A DNA stretch of 63,697 nt, counting the filler, from Actinomycetota bacterium (lineage in GTDB: Bacteria; Actinomycetota; Acidimicrobiia; IMCC26256; VFJJ01), in the NCBI GenBank assembly GCA_009886115.1. It is 6 parts of 6 records of this genome, joined end to end, with 100 filler letters (N's around TTAATTAATTAA, not from the genome) between each part and the next. Parts side by side here need not be neighbours in the genome. Positions count along the whole stretch, not along the records: positions 6,540 to 27,600 come from VFJJ01000089.1; 5 more parts are not named here. One strand, 5' to 3'. The first letter of the stretch is position 1, and each line of letters starts with the position of its first letter. Position numbers and translations under genes: made by a program. Shown in pieces: positions 10,158-19,947 of this stretch. The notes beneath the pieces were generated by a model, which saw only the letters and a list, made by a program, of their open reading frames with translations, was not told where the DNA came from and ran no database searches.

Positions 10158-10232
10158 GCCGACTGCCACGCCGACTGCCGACTGCCGACAGCCGCACCGA
10201 CTGCCGCTTGCCGCACCGACAGCCGCACCGAC
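10158..10232 (+). repeat. degenerate short tandem repeats (GCCGACT/GCCGCACCGAC)
   Basis: Read directly in the intergenic gap. Confidence 0.6.
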
Positions 10233-10251
10233 TCGACAGGAGAGCCGTCCG

Positions 10252-11064
10252 ATGAACCTCGACCGCTACCGCGACGCCTTTGGCACGCTGACGTTCAGCG
10301 ACGCCGGCGACGGTGTGCTGCAGATCACGATGGAGGGGCCCGGGCTCAACTCCGTCGACGAGGCCAAGCATGCGCACCTCGCCGACGTTTGGCTCATGAT
10401 CGACCGCGACTCCGACGTGCGCGTCGCCGTGCTCGCCGGTGCGGGACGGGCCTTCTCGTCTGGCGGCAGCTTCGAGCTGCTCGATGCCATCACCACCGAC
10501 TACGCGGTGCGTACCCGGGTGCTGCGCGAGGCCCGCGACATCGTCCTCAACGTGATCAACTGCTCGAAGCCCATCGTGTCGGCCATGTGGGGCCCGGCGG
10601 TGGGAGCGGGACTGGTCGCCGGCTTGTTGGCCGACGTCTCGGTGGTCGGCCGGCGCACCCGCATCATCGATGGCCACACCCGGTTGGGCGTCGCGGCCGG
10701 CGACCATGCCGCGATCTGCTGGCCCCTGCTGTGCGGGATGGCCAAGGCCAAGTACTACCTGCTCACGTGCCGTGACCTCTCCGGCGAGGAGGCCGAGCGC
10801 ATCGGGCTGGTGTCGCTGTGCGTCGACGACGAGACGGTGCTCGACGAGGCGCTGACCGTGGCCCGCGAGCTCGCCGCCGGTGCCCAGCAGGCGATCCGGT
10901 TCACCAAGCACACGCTGAACCACGCCTATCGCATGTTCGGCCCGGCATTCGACGCCTCGCTGGCGTACGAGTTCTTCGGCTTCGGCGGCCCCGACGCAGC
11001 CGAGGGACTGGCATCGCATCGCGAGAAGCGTCCGCCCGTCTTCAACGGTCCCACGAGCGAATGA
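10252..11064 (+). CDS. enoyl-CoA hydratase/isomerase family protein
   Basis: [32 protein letters not shown] and EAERIGLV motifs. AGGAG RBS. Confidence 0.93.
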   Translation: MNLDRYRDAFGTLTFSDAGDGVLQITMEGPGLNSVDEAKHAHLADVWLMIDRDSDVRVAVLAGAGRAFSSGGSFELLDAITTDYAVRTRVLREARDIVLNVINCSKPIVSAMWGPAVGAGLVAGLLADVSVVGRRTRIIDGHTRLGVAAGDHAAICWPLLCGMAKAKYYLLTCRDLSGEEAERIGLVSLCVDDETVLDEALTVARELAAGAQQAIRFTKHTLNHAYRMFGPAFDASLAYEFFGFGGPDAAEGLASHREKRPPVFNGPTSE

Positions 11065-12014
11065 ACGGGATCGAACCCCCCATGAGCCGCCCTCCGGTTC
11101 GGATCGGGATGCGCGTCCCCCACGACGTGCTGGGCCGCGACGCTGCTGAGCTGGCGCCCTTCCTCGCCGAGGTCGAGGCGGCCGGCATCGACGCCGTCTC
11201 GGTCGGCGATCACGTCTCGTTCAGGGGCGGAAGGGGCTACGACGGCTTGATCCAAGCCACGGCGCTGGCGGTCGCCAGCCGACGTCTGAGCGTCTGGACG
11301 GCCGTGTACCTGTTGGCGTTGCGCCATCCTGTTCCGGTGGCTCGTCAGGTCTCGTCGCTGGCTGCGCTGGCGCCGGGGCGTTTCGTCTTCGGCGTGGGCC
11401 TCGGGGGCGACGACCGTCATGAGGTCGAGGTCTGCGGCGTCGATCCCCGGCGCCGAGGCCGCCGCCTCGACGAGTCGCTGGCCATGGTGCGGGCGCTGTT
11501 GGCCGGCGAGACGGTCTCGTCCGATGGTCCCGAGATCCCGGTGCGCGATGCCGTCGTACTGCCGGCACCAGCGCCGCCGGTTCCCATCGTGGTGGGAGGC
11601 CGGTCCGACGCGGCGCTGGCCCGGGCCGCCCGCCACGGTGACGGCTGGATCGGCGTCTGGCTCAGCCCCCAGCGAGCGGCTGCGGCCCGGGCCAGGGTCG
11701 AAGAGGAGGCCGCAGCGCTCGGGCGGGTGCTCCCCGAATGGCGGCACACGATGCTCGTCTGGTGCGGGTTCGGCCCGACCGCCGAGCAGGCCCGCGTGCG
11801 TGTCGCCGCGGAGATGGAAGCCCTCTACCAGCTGCCGTTCTCGGCCTTCGAGCGCTACGTGGCGATCGGCACACCCGACGACGTCGCCGCGGCGATCGTC
11901 CCGTACGTCGACGCCGGCTGTGTCGACGTACTCGTCATGGGTGTGCCCTCCAGCGGTGATCCTGCTGACCTGATCGGGCAGGTCAGCGAGGTCAAGCGGT
12001 CCCTCATCGCGTAA
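11061..12014 (+). CDS. LLM-class flavin-dependent oxidoreductase
   Basis: [21 protein letters not shown] and [18 protein letters not shown] motifs. ATGA overlap with the upstream gene. Confidence 0.9.
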   Translation: MNGIEPPMSRPPVRIGMRVPHDVLGRDAAELAPFLAEVEAAGIDAVSVGDHVSFRGGRGYDGLIQATALAVASRRLSVWTAVYLLALRHPVPVARQVSSLAALAPGRFVFGVGLGGDDRHEVEVCGVDPRRRGRRLDESLAMVRALLAGETVSSDGPEIPVRDAVVLPAPAPPVPIVVGGRSDAALARAARHGDGWIGVWLSPQRAAAARARVEEEAAALGRVLPEWRHTMLVWCGFGPTAEQARVRVAAEMEALYQLPFSAFERYVAIGTPDDVAAAIVPYVDAGCVDVLVMGVPSSGDPADLIGQVSEVKRSLIA

Positions 12015-12030
12015 CTCTCACCCTCGATCT

Positions 12031-12609
12031 CTACAAGAGCTTGACCACGGCATCACCCTGGTGGACGGTACCGTCGACGACGACCCGGGCGTTGAGGCCA
12101 CGCAGCCGGAGCGCTCGTCCGACGGGCGCGTTCACCAGGCGCATGGCGTCGGCGCCGAACCGGGCCGAGAACTTGGCACAGCCGGTGTGGGGCTGCTCGG
12201 TGATCTCGATGACCGCGGTCCCGATCTGCAGGCGGGTGCCCGGGGGGAGGTTGTCCTCCGACAGGTCGAGATCGAGATGCAGCTGGTCGCCGGCGAGGGC
12301 CCGACGGTCGGGTTGGTCAGCGCCGTCGGCGCCGTCGCCGGCGATGAGTGAGCTGAACCGGGCGTTCATGACGTTCAGCTGCATGTCGGGATGGGGTGAC
12401 TGGTCGGGCGTGCGCCTGCTCGGGCGTTCGGTCCAGGTGTCACCGACCAGACCAACCGTTCGATCGAGCTGCGCGACCGTCACGATCTCTCGCTCGTCGA
12501 CGGCCGGTCGGCGCACGATGAGATCGACCGTTCCGTGGTCGGCGGGTGACTCGCGAACGTGGTCGAGGCCGGCCTCGAGTTCCATCGTGGCCAGGTGTCG
12601 AAGCTCCAT
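12031..12609 (-). CDS. MOSC domain protein
   Basis: GLVGDTW, LAGDQL, PHTGCAKF and LRGLNARVV motifs. Confidence 0.88.
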   Translation of the reverse strand: MELRHLATMELEAGLDHVRESPADHGTVDLIVRRPAVDEREIVTVAQLDRTVGLVGDTWTERPSRRTPDQSPHPDMQLNVMNARFSSLIAGDGADGADQPDRRALAGDQLHLDLDLSEDNLPPGTRLQIGTAVIEITEQPHTGCAKFSARFGADAMRLVNAPVGRALRLRGLNARVVVDGTVHQGDAVVKLL

Positions 12610-12722
12610 GGTGCCAGTCTGGCGCGTGCCGGCCTCGGAGGCGGCGAGGATTCCCGGTGCCCGGGCCGACCCGGCGGGCCGACCCTCGGGTCGGCGGGCC
12701 GGCGCTCGCGTCAGTGCCCGGC

Positions 12723-13535
12723 TCAGCGTGACCAGTCGGCGGGCAGATCGGCGTCGTAGGCGACACCGCCGAAGCGGGGCGGGCGCTTCTCGGTGTAGCT
12801 CGCGACGCCCTCCCTGAAATCGGGCTGCTCACCCATCTCGACCAACAGGCGACTCGCCTCCTGGCGGCTCTGCTCGCAGGTGCGGTCGAGGTCGCCCTGC
12901 ACCTGCCGCTTGATGTTGGCCATCGACAACGGCGAGCAGTTGGCTGCCACGTCGTGGGCGTAGGCCAGGGCAGCAGGCAGGAGATCGGGGAAGTCGTACA
13001 CGCGGTTCACGAGCCCCAGCTCGTGGGCCTCCTCGGCCGTGATGACCCGCGCCGACAGCAACAGGTCCATGGCGACGCCCGTCCCCACGATCCGGGGCAG
13101 GAGCCACGAGCTGGCGTTCTCCGCGGGCAGGCCCCGGCGGGCGAACGAGGTGGTGATCTTGGCGCCCTTGGCTGCGAAGCGGATGTCGGCGCACAGGGCC
13201 TGGATGAGACCGATCCCGGCGCAGGCCCCGTTGATGACGGCGATGATGGGCTTGGGCACCGTATAGGCGAGGGTCATCGGCCGCCGGGGCCGGATCGCGA
13301 AATGATCGCCTTCGCTCGCGGCCGACAACACCTGCATGTCGAGACCGGGGCAGAACGACGTGCCCGAACCGGTGATCACGATCACGCGCACGTCGGGGTT
13401 GCCCGCCGCGTCGACCAGCGCCTGGAAGTAGGTCTCCTCGAGCTCCAGGGTCCACGAGTTCTTGCGTTCGGGACGGTTCAGGGTGAGCAGCAGCACGCCG
13501 TCGGTCAGCTCACGCAGCAGGATGGGCTCGGTCAT
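12723..13535 (-). CDS. enoyl-CoA hydratase/isomerase family protein
   Basis: TLNRPERKN, FCPGLD, KPIIAVINGACAGIG and DFREGV motifs. Confidence 0.93.
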   Translation of the reverse strand: MTEPILLRELTDGVLLLTLNRPERKNSWTLELEETYFQALVDAAGNPDVRVIVITGSGTSFCPGLDMQVLSAASEGDHFAIRPRRPMTLAYTVPKPIIAVINGACAGIGLIQALCADIRFAAKGAKITTSFARRGLPAENASSWLLPRIVGTGVAMDLLLSARVITAEEAHELGLVNRVYDFPDLLPAALAYAHDVAANCSPLSMANIKRQVQGDLDRTCEQSRQEASRLLVEMGEQPDFREGVASYTEKRPPRFGGVAYDADLPADWSR

Positions 13536-13758
13536 GGCTGTCCTCGGTCCGGTCGTCGTCTGGCGCCGCTGGAGCGTTCGACGGGAGCTGGTGCACGCTA
13601 CCTGGGGGTGGCGACGGTCATCGGTCCCGCTCGGACCGCAGCGATCCGGCGCCGTCGGTGCTCTGCCCAGGGGCTGTGCCCTCATGGCGGGTCGCCGTGG
13701 GTCGCCGCGGGTCGCCGCGGGCCGCGGTGGGTCGTGGCGGTTCGTGCGGGCTGCGCCG

Positions 13759-16521
13759 TCAGGTCAACGCACCCGAGGCGGCCAGCTCGCTGATCTCGTC
13801 GTCGGGATAGCCGAGGATGTCACGCAGGACCTCGTAGGTGTGCTGGCCGATCGTCGGACCGGCGTGCGTCGGACGGTGCGGGGTCTCGGAAAAGCGCGTG
13901 ACCGGGCCGTCGTAGCGGAGCCGGCCGATGCGGGGATGGTCGAGCTCGACGAAGAACTCCCGCGCGAGCAACTGGGGATCGTCGTGGAGGTCGGTGGCTC
14001 GGGCCACGACCGAGGCCGGTGTCCCCGAGCGCCGGAGCCGTTCGGCCAGAGCGAAGGGCTGCTCGGTGGCGCAGGCCTGGGCCAGGGCCGCGTCGAGCTC
14101 GTCGCTGCGAGCGGCCCGGGCCTCGAGCCCGTCGAGCCCGTCGAACGCGGCACCGGCCAGACCCGGCAGCGCTTCCCGTAGGGCCCGCCAGTGGCCCGGG
14201 GTCTCGACGGCGATGGCGACGAAGCGCTCGACGCCGGCCGTGCGGAACACACCGTGCGGGCAGGCGCGGTCGCTGCCGTCGCCGCGCAGGCCGGTCACGC
14301 GGCCGTTCACCGTGTAGTCGAGGATGACCGGCGCCAGGAGATGGATGGCCGCTTCGACCTGGGAGAGATCGATGTACTGGCCCTGACCGGTCCGGTCACG
14401 GTGATACAGCGCCGCGGCCAGCGCGGCCTGGGAGTATCGGGGCGAGATGAAGTCGCTGTACGCGGCGAACGGTCCGGCAGGCAGCCGATCGGGCCAGCCG
14501 GTAACCGCGACGAGCCCGGCCAACGCGGCGCCCTGCAAGCCGAACCCGGTGTAGAGACGCTCGGGGCCGGTCTGGCCCCGCATGCACGACGAGAGCATCA
14601 CCAACGCCGGCTTGCGCTTCCTGACCGTCGCGTAGTCGAGGCCGAACTTTGCTGCGGTCCCCGGGACGAACGACTCGATCACCACATCGGCCCAGTCGAC
14701 GAGGCGCTCGACGACCTCGCGGGCCCGCTCCTGGCCGAGGTCGAGGGCCAGGCCGAGCTTCGACTGGTTGAAGTTGGCCATGCTGTGGCCCGTGGCGTGG
14801 TTGGGGATCCCGTCCTTCCACGGCGGGATGATCCGCAGCGGGTCGATGTAGCTCTCCGACTCGATTCGGATCACGGTGGCGCCGAGGTTGGCCAGATCCT
14901 TCGAGACCAGCGGCCCGGCGCCGACCCACGAGAAGTCGGCGATCCTCAAGCCGTCGAAGACCGGGCGGCGTCGGACGTTCGGCACGTCGGCCGGGGGATG
15001 CACGGTGGGTCGGCGGGGTGGGGTGGCGTCTGGAACCAGATGCTGGTGCTGGCCCAGGGTGGGCGCGGGGCCTCGGTACCGGATGGGGGTTTCGCTGAGG
15101 CGGGCGAAGGGGCCGGGGTGGATCGTGCCGTCGACGTCGGTCCAGTAGTCGCGGGCCGCGAGCTGAGGGTCGGCCAACAGATCGGTGGTGTTCCAGGCCG
15201 GGGCTACGAGCCACCGACCGGATACGGCCCGCTCGTGGATCTCCCGCTTGGTCCTGGTGCCGAAGAACGCCACGAGCTGGTCGATGCCGCGCTGGGCGTC
15301 TGCGGCGGTGAGCTTCCCTCCGAAGAGGTGCTCGAACAGGCGCGACCAATCGAGCACCGCCAGATCGGCGTCGAGGCCGTCCTCGGAGGCGGCCCAGGCC
15401 ATCATCCGCCCCAGGCTTCGGGCCCCGGGGGCGCCGAGGACGAGCGTCATGCCGATGAACCCGTCGGCCGTGCGGGCAAAGACCGGGATCGTGAGACCGG
15501 GGATGGCCTGGGGAGGGTTCGCTCGGTCGTCGCCCATGCCGGGCGGGTCGAGACCGAGCGCTCCGTAGCCGCTGACGAACAGCAACGTCCAGATCGCCGC
15601 GGCCTGCATCGAGGTGTCGAGATGCTGGCCCAGCCCCGATCGCCCACGTTCGCACAGGGCCATGATCGTGTCGGCTGCAGCTTGCACCGCGCCGCTGCAC
15701 GACGTCTCGGGATGGCCGATGGGGACGGGAGGTCGGTCCCGATCACCCTGGCAGTTCAGGAATCCTCCGGCCGCAGCCAGCGTGAGGTCGGTGGCCGGGC
15801 TGTGCGCCTCGGGGCCGGTCTGCCCGTAAGGGGTGACCGAGACGTGGATGAGGGTGGGGTTGATGGCTCGGAGGTCGGCGGCCCCGAGGCCGAGCGCCTC
15901 GAGCGCACCCGGGGTCTCGGACTCGACGAGCACGTCGGCGCCGCGAATGAGGTCTCGCAGCCTGTCCCGGTCGGCGGGTTCGTGGATGTCGAGGACGACG
16001 CTGTGCTTGCCCAGCCCCCAGGCCCGCCAGAACAGCGAGCGCTCCGGGTCGGGATGGCCGGGGTCGGGGGCGGGACTGTCGGGGCCGCCGGAGCCGCGGG
16101 AGCCGCGGGCGGGGCTGCGGGCAGGACTGTCGGGACTGTCGGGACTGTCGGGACTGTCGGGACTAGCGGCAGGACTGCCGGAGCTGCGAGCGGGGCTGCC
16201 GGGCTGGCTGGGTTCGTCGACGAACGGGGGAGTGAAGCGTGACGCGCACCCGCCGGGCGGCTCGACCTTGATCACCTCGGCGCCGAGGTCGGCGAGGACC
16301 CGCCCGGTCGCCTCGGCCAACGGGCCCGCCAGGTCGATCACCCTGATGCCGGCCAACGGCCCGGGCGCGTCGTGTGCGCCCGATGCGCCAGGCTCCGAAT
16401 AGCGCGTCCGCGCCGATTCGGCCGCAGATTCTGCGCCCGTGCCCGATTCGGCCGCAGATTCGGCCGCAGATTCTGTGGGCCGTTCGGTGGGCGATTCGGC
16501 GCCGGTGTCGGTGTCGCTCAT
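13759..16521 (-). CDS. CaiB/BaiF family III CoA-transferase, two fused domains
   Basis: PLAGIRVIDL...LADLGAEVIKVEPPGG and a second DGLRIADFSWVGAGP...LGATVIRIES domain. Contains low-complexity insertions. Confidence 0.92.
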   Translation of the reverse strand: MSDTDTGAESPTERPTESAAESAAESGTGAESAAESARTRYSEPGASGAHDAPGPLAGIRVIDLAGPLAEATGRVLADLGAEVIKVEPPGGCASRFTPPFVDEPSQPGSPARSSGSPAASPDSPDSPDSPDSPARSPARGSRGSGGPDSPAPDPGHPDPERSLFWRAWGLGKHSVVLDIHEPADRDRLRDLIRGADVLVESETPGALEALGLGAADLRAINPTLIHVSVTPYGQTGPEAHSPATDLTLAAAGGFLNCQGDRDRPPVPIGHPETSCSGAVQAAADTIMALCERGRSGLGQHLDTSMQAAAIWTLLFVSGYGALGLDPPGMGDDRANPPQAIPGLTIPVFARTADGFIGMTLVLGAPGARSLGRMMAWAASEDGLDADLAVLDWSRLFEHLFGGKLTAADAQRGIDQLVAFFGTRTKREIHERAVSGRWLVAPAWNTTDLLADPQLAARDYWTDVDGTIHPGPFARLSETPIRYRGPAPTLGQHQHLVPDATPPRRPTVHPPADVPNVRRRPVFDGLRIADFSWVGAGPLVSKDLANLGATVIRIESESYIDPLRIIPPWKDGIPNHATGHSMANFNQSKLGLALDLGQERAREVVERLVDWADVVIESFVPGTAAKFGLDYATVRKRKPALVMLSSCMRGQTGPERLYTGFGLQGAALAGLVAVTGWPDRLPAGPFAAYSDFISPRYSQAALAAALYHRDRTGQGQYIDLSQVEAAIHLLAPVILDYTVNGRVTGLRGDGSDRACPHGVFRTAGVERFVAIAVETPGHWRALREALPGLAGAAFDGLDGLEARAARSDELDAALAQACATEQPFALAERLRRSGTPASVVARATDLHDDPQLLAREFFVELDHPRIGRLRYDGPVTRFSETPHRPTHAGPTIGQHTYEVLRDILGYPDDEISELAASGALT
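16411..16476. repeat. 12-bp unit GATTCGGCCGCA repeated in frame at the CoA-transferase 5' end
   Basis: The same unit recurs at 51133-51153 (reverse complement) and 56471-56504. Confidence 0.8.
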
Positions 16522-16637
16522 GGGTGGCAGGCTACGACCCCGTGCGCGCGCTGGGCTGGTGGACGGGGTGCGTGACGTCAATGTGCACCGCGCTCGGGTG
16601 GGTGGGGCGCGCCACTCACGCGACGCCCCTCGGCGGG

Positions 16638-17783
16638 CTACGGCGTTGGGGCGGCCCGGGGTTCGTCGATGCGGCCGTCGGCGTGGCGGGCGAAGCGGTC
16701 GCGGTCGCGGTCGTGGACGGGATCGTCGCTCGGCCAGGGCCATCCGCCGAAGCCGGTGCGTTGGTAGTCGTCGAAGGCCCGTTGGATGCCGGCCTTGTCG
16801 TTCAGCACGAACGGGCCGTACTGGGCGACGGGCTCGCCGATCGGCCGCCCCTGGAGCACGAGCGCCTCGACGGGGGCTCCAGGCCCGCCGCTGGCGGCTT
16901 CGGCGCGCAGCGGGGCTGCGATCTCGGCCCGGAGCACGGCGGCCTGTCCGCGATCGATGCGAAGCCCGCTGCCGCTGCCGCTGCCGCTGCCGCTGCTGCT
17001 GCTGCCGCTGCCGCCGCTGCCGCCCGCGCCGCTGCCGCCGTCGGCGTCGCCGACGAGCAACGAGCCACCGTCGAAGACGTAGATGGTGCGGACGGTGTCG
17101 GGGCCGGCGGCCGGAGGGAGCACCACAGCGGCGCCCGGCTCGATGCGGAGATGCCAGATGGCCACGTCGGCATCGATGCGTGACGCCCACGACGACGGCG
17201 GCGGCGGCACCTGGTGGCGCGCCACGTCAGGGCCGAACCCGCCGGCGATCACGGTGACCTCGGCGCTGCGGCCGGCGTCGTCGATCACGACGTGGCGAGG
17301 GATGGCAGAGTCCCAGAGCATGGCGAAATGCGGCTCGACGAGCTTGTCGGAGCGGGGCAGGTTGAGCCAGATCTGGAACAGCTCGGTGGGGTTCGGCCCG
17401 TCGGCGCGCACGAGCGGGAACATCTCGGAGTGCACGATCCCGCCGCCTGCGGTCATCCATTGCACATCGCCCCGGCCGAAGCGGGCGGCGGCGCCGAGCG
17501 AGTCGCTGTGGTCGATGAGGCCCTGGCGGGCGTAGGTGATGGTCTCGAACCCCCGGTGCGGATGCTGCGGGAACCCGGGCACGACCTGGCCGTGGTACAT
17601 GCTCCAGCCGTCGCGCCCCGCGAAGTCCTGCCCGAGCTGCCGCCCCGCCAGCGATGCCGCAGGTCCGAGGCGCTCGTTGCCTGCCGGATAGGCGTCGAGA
17701 TGGTGCACACAGAACAGGAACGGATCGACCGTCGGCCACGGCGGCGCGCCCAGCGGGACCGTCTGCACCACGAGATCGCTCAT
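16638..17783 (-). CDS. pirin family protein
   Basis: DPFLFCVHH, GFPQHPHRGFETIT, QWMTAGGGIVHSE and YGPFVLN motifs. Gly/Ser insertion near 16968-17040. Confidence 0.93.
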   Translation of the reverse strand: MSDLVVQTVPLGAPPWPTVDPFLFCVHHLDAYPAGNERLGPAASLAGRQLGQDFAGRDGWSMYHGQVVPGFPQHPHRGFETITYARQGLIDHSDSLGAAARFGRGDVQWMTAGGGIVHSEMFPLVRADGPNPTELFQIWLNLPRSDKLVEPHFAMLWDSAIPRHVVIDDAGRSAEVTVIAGGFGPDVARHQVPPPPSSWASRIDADVAIWHLRIEPGAAVVLPPAAGPDTVRTIYVFDGGSLLVGDADGGSGAGGSGGSGSSSSGSGSGSGSGLRIDRGQAAVLRAEIAAPLRAEAASGGPGAPVEALVLQGRPIGEPVAQYGPFVLNDKAGIQRAFDDYQRTGFGGWPWPSDDPVHDRDRDRFARHADGRIDEPRAAPTP

Positions 17784-17929
17784 GCCGACGAGGTTACGCG
17801 GCCAAGGTGGCGCGGCCGGCTGGGCTGGCCCGGTCGCCGGTGAGGGCGGCGGTGCCAGACGACCTGCTGGAACCGGGCTGCAGCCACCGAGGAGCCCGGT
17901 CCGCCTCAGGTCACACGCCAAGCTCTGGA

Positions 17930-17971
17930 GTGGTCGTGCGCTCGATCGCATGTGATCGATTCCACGCCCAC
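17930..17971. repeat. palindrome family B, copy 1
   Basis: GTGGTCGTGCGCTCGATCGCATGTGATCGATTCCACGCCCAC is close to the reverse complement of copy 3 and lies 18 nt past the HNH gene stop. Confidence 0.88.
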
Positions 17972-17989
17972 TGCCCACGCGTCCCGGGT

Positions 17990-19780
17990 CTACCCGACCC
18001 GGCGACACTGATCGAGCGCCTCGCCCATGCCGTTGGCCCTGGTCGCCAACGCGGCGCCGCAATCCGCGCCCGGGCCTTGGGAGCCGTGAGATCCGGTGGA
18101 GGGTTTCCCCAAGTCCTGCGACTCGGCCCGGCTCGCGGTGGGGGATGGTGGTGGTCGAGGTTCCAGACGCCACCGCCCGTGCATCCGATGGAGTCGGGCG
18201 CCGCCCTCGTGCAGGTCGTGGTGGTGTCGGTCACAGACGAGGACGAGGACTGCGAGATCGGTGCAACCACCAACGAAGAACGGGAGGAGGTGGTGGGCTC
18301 GGCAGCGGTCTGCCGGAACCAGGCATCCGGGGACGGCACAGGTTGGCCCGTCGCGTGCGACGAGCGCTCGTCGTTGGTCGGCGGTGGCGACGCGCCGGCC
18401 CCGGCCGAGGTCGAGGACCACGGAGTCGCCGCCCAGCACGACCGGGATCAGGTCGGCGTCGCACGCGAGCCGTCGGGCGCTCGCGGCCGAGATCGGCCCT
18501 CCGCCGACGATCGTCCCCTCCCTGTGGAGCTGCCCGATGAGCGTGTCGTAGTCGATGATGACGACCAACTCGGCCCGTGATTGGTGCGGAAAGTACGGGA
18601 AGTTGCTGGTACGCGGCACGCTCGGCGCCGGATTGGCGGCTTCCACGTGCCCGGGCCCGGGAGCTCGGGCACGTGGTGGTGCCCGTAACCCCGTGGCATC
18701 GAATCGATAGGTACGTTCATCGAGGGTGTCGCCAGGTTCGGTGCTCTTGTGGACGCTGGGGCCGGGTTCGTTGCCGCTGGACTCGGTGCTACCGGATCGC
18801 TGATCTGGCTGACCTGGCTGATTTTGCTCCGCGGCTCGCGACCGGAGGACGGGCTCGGCGAAAGTGGTGTTGGTCACGCCGGCCACGCCGGTCACGCCGG
18901 TCACGCCGCTGCCCGTACGCGGTTGGCTACTTGACTGCGCCGGTGAGGGTGTGCTTTCGGGTGGATTCGCGGCGTTGTCGATCGGGTGCCAGCCGCTGAG
19001 GCTGCGCTGGGCCATCTCGACGATGGCGTCCGCCAGGCGTTGCTCCCAGGTCCGGTCGTCGTCGGACGGACGGGCGTGGCCGTCGGGGTGGGCCGCGTGC
19101 CATGAGCTCTCGGTGATGGCGTTGGCCGCGCTGCGGACGGTGGCCCATTGGTCGGGGGCCCAGCCGGCATTGAGGAAGCCGAGCCGGTTGACGTCGGGCA
19201 TCGAGAACCGGGCGAACCGCTGGGCGTGGAGCTGTCGGGCCCGGTCGGCACCGGCGTCGGCGGCGGCGAGGTCGCAGAATCGGGCGAGATACCGACGGAA
19301 CCGGTCGACGGGCAGATGTCGGGCCGTGACGACGAGCTCGTCGAGGTGCTCGGTGACGATGCCACGGTTGTTGACGGCGAGGGCGTCGAAGTGCTCGAGC
19401 GTTATCTCGCCACGGTCGAGCGCCTCAGCCGCCCGAGCGAGCTCCGGGCGGGCCTGGGCGTGACGTTCGGTCTTGCGGGCCTGCGCCCTCGACTGGCCTG
19501 CGACCGCCGCGACCCGGTCGGCAACGTCACCCCCACCGTCACCCCCACCGTCTCGCCCACCGTCGCCACTCTGACGCTGACCGGCAGCAGCCTTCAGCTC
19601 CCGCAGCCGCTGCACAGCCCGGGTGCGGAGCCCGTCGAGCTGGGCCTGGCACGACCCGACCTCCCGCAACAGCCGCTCGACCCCCCGCCCATCGAGCACG
19701 GAAACATCGGTCTCCGCCACCACCCGCCCCGGCGGCACCGCCATGACATGGTCGTCGGGAAGATCGAGGAGCTTCAGCAC
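17990..19780 (-). CDS. DUF222 + HNH endonuclease protein (13E12-like family)
   Basis: QRLADA, ARRLACDA, VLDLGRGRR...QRRALVARDG.C..PGC...C.AHH...GG.TDL...C..HH motifs. GTG 19780 lies 6 nt after a TACACT -10. Confidence 0.88.
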   Translation of the reverse strand: MLKLLDLPDDHVMAVPPGRVVAETDVSVLDGRGVERLLREVGSCQAQLDGLRTRAVQRLRELKAAAGQRQSGDGGRDGGGDGGGDVADRVAAVAGQSRAQARKTERHAQARPELARAAEALDRGEITLEHFDALAVNNRGIVTEHLDELVVTARHLPVDRFRRYLARFCDLAAADAGADRARQLHAQRFARFSMPDVNRLGFLNAGWAPDQWATVRSAANAITESSWHAAHPDGHARPSDDDRTWEQRLADAIVEMAQRSLSGWHPIDNAANPPESTPSPAQSSSQPRTGSGVTGVTGVAGVTNTTFAEPVLRSRAAEQNQPGQPDQRSGSTESSGNEPGPSVHKSTEPGDTLDERTYRFDATGLRAPPRARAPGPGHVEAANPAPSVPRTSNFPYFPHQSRAELVVIIDYDTLIGQLHREGTIVGGGPISAASARRLACDADLIPVVLGGDSVVLDLGRGRRVATADQRRALVARDGPTCAVPGCLVPADRCRAHHLLPFFVGGCTDLAVLVLVCDRHHHDLHEGGARLHRMHGRWRLEPRPPPSPTASRAESQDLGKPSTGSHGSQGPGADCGAALATRANGMGEALDQCRRVG

Positions 19781-19786
19781 ACGAAC

Positions 19787-19808
19787 AGTGTATCGAACGT
19801 ACGTTCGC
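19787..19808 (-). promoter_or_regulatory. LexA (SOS) box abutting a -10 element of a probable leaderless promoter
   Basis: TCGAAC-GTAC-GTTCGC at 19793-19808 matches the actinobacterial TCGAAC-N4-GTTCGA consensus. TACACT on the minus strand at 19792-19787. Confidence 0.8.
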
Positions 19809-19947
19809 CCGAAGAGTGTCTGAGTGGAGTGCCCAACAGATTTGCCAGGAATACGTAGAACGCGCATTTTGACCGGGAAGCGCTCCGCTTGGTGGGCGAG
19901 CCGTCGGGCGGTCGCGGCGGGGACCACGGGTGGGGGCGGAGGAGCGC

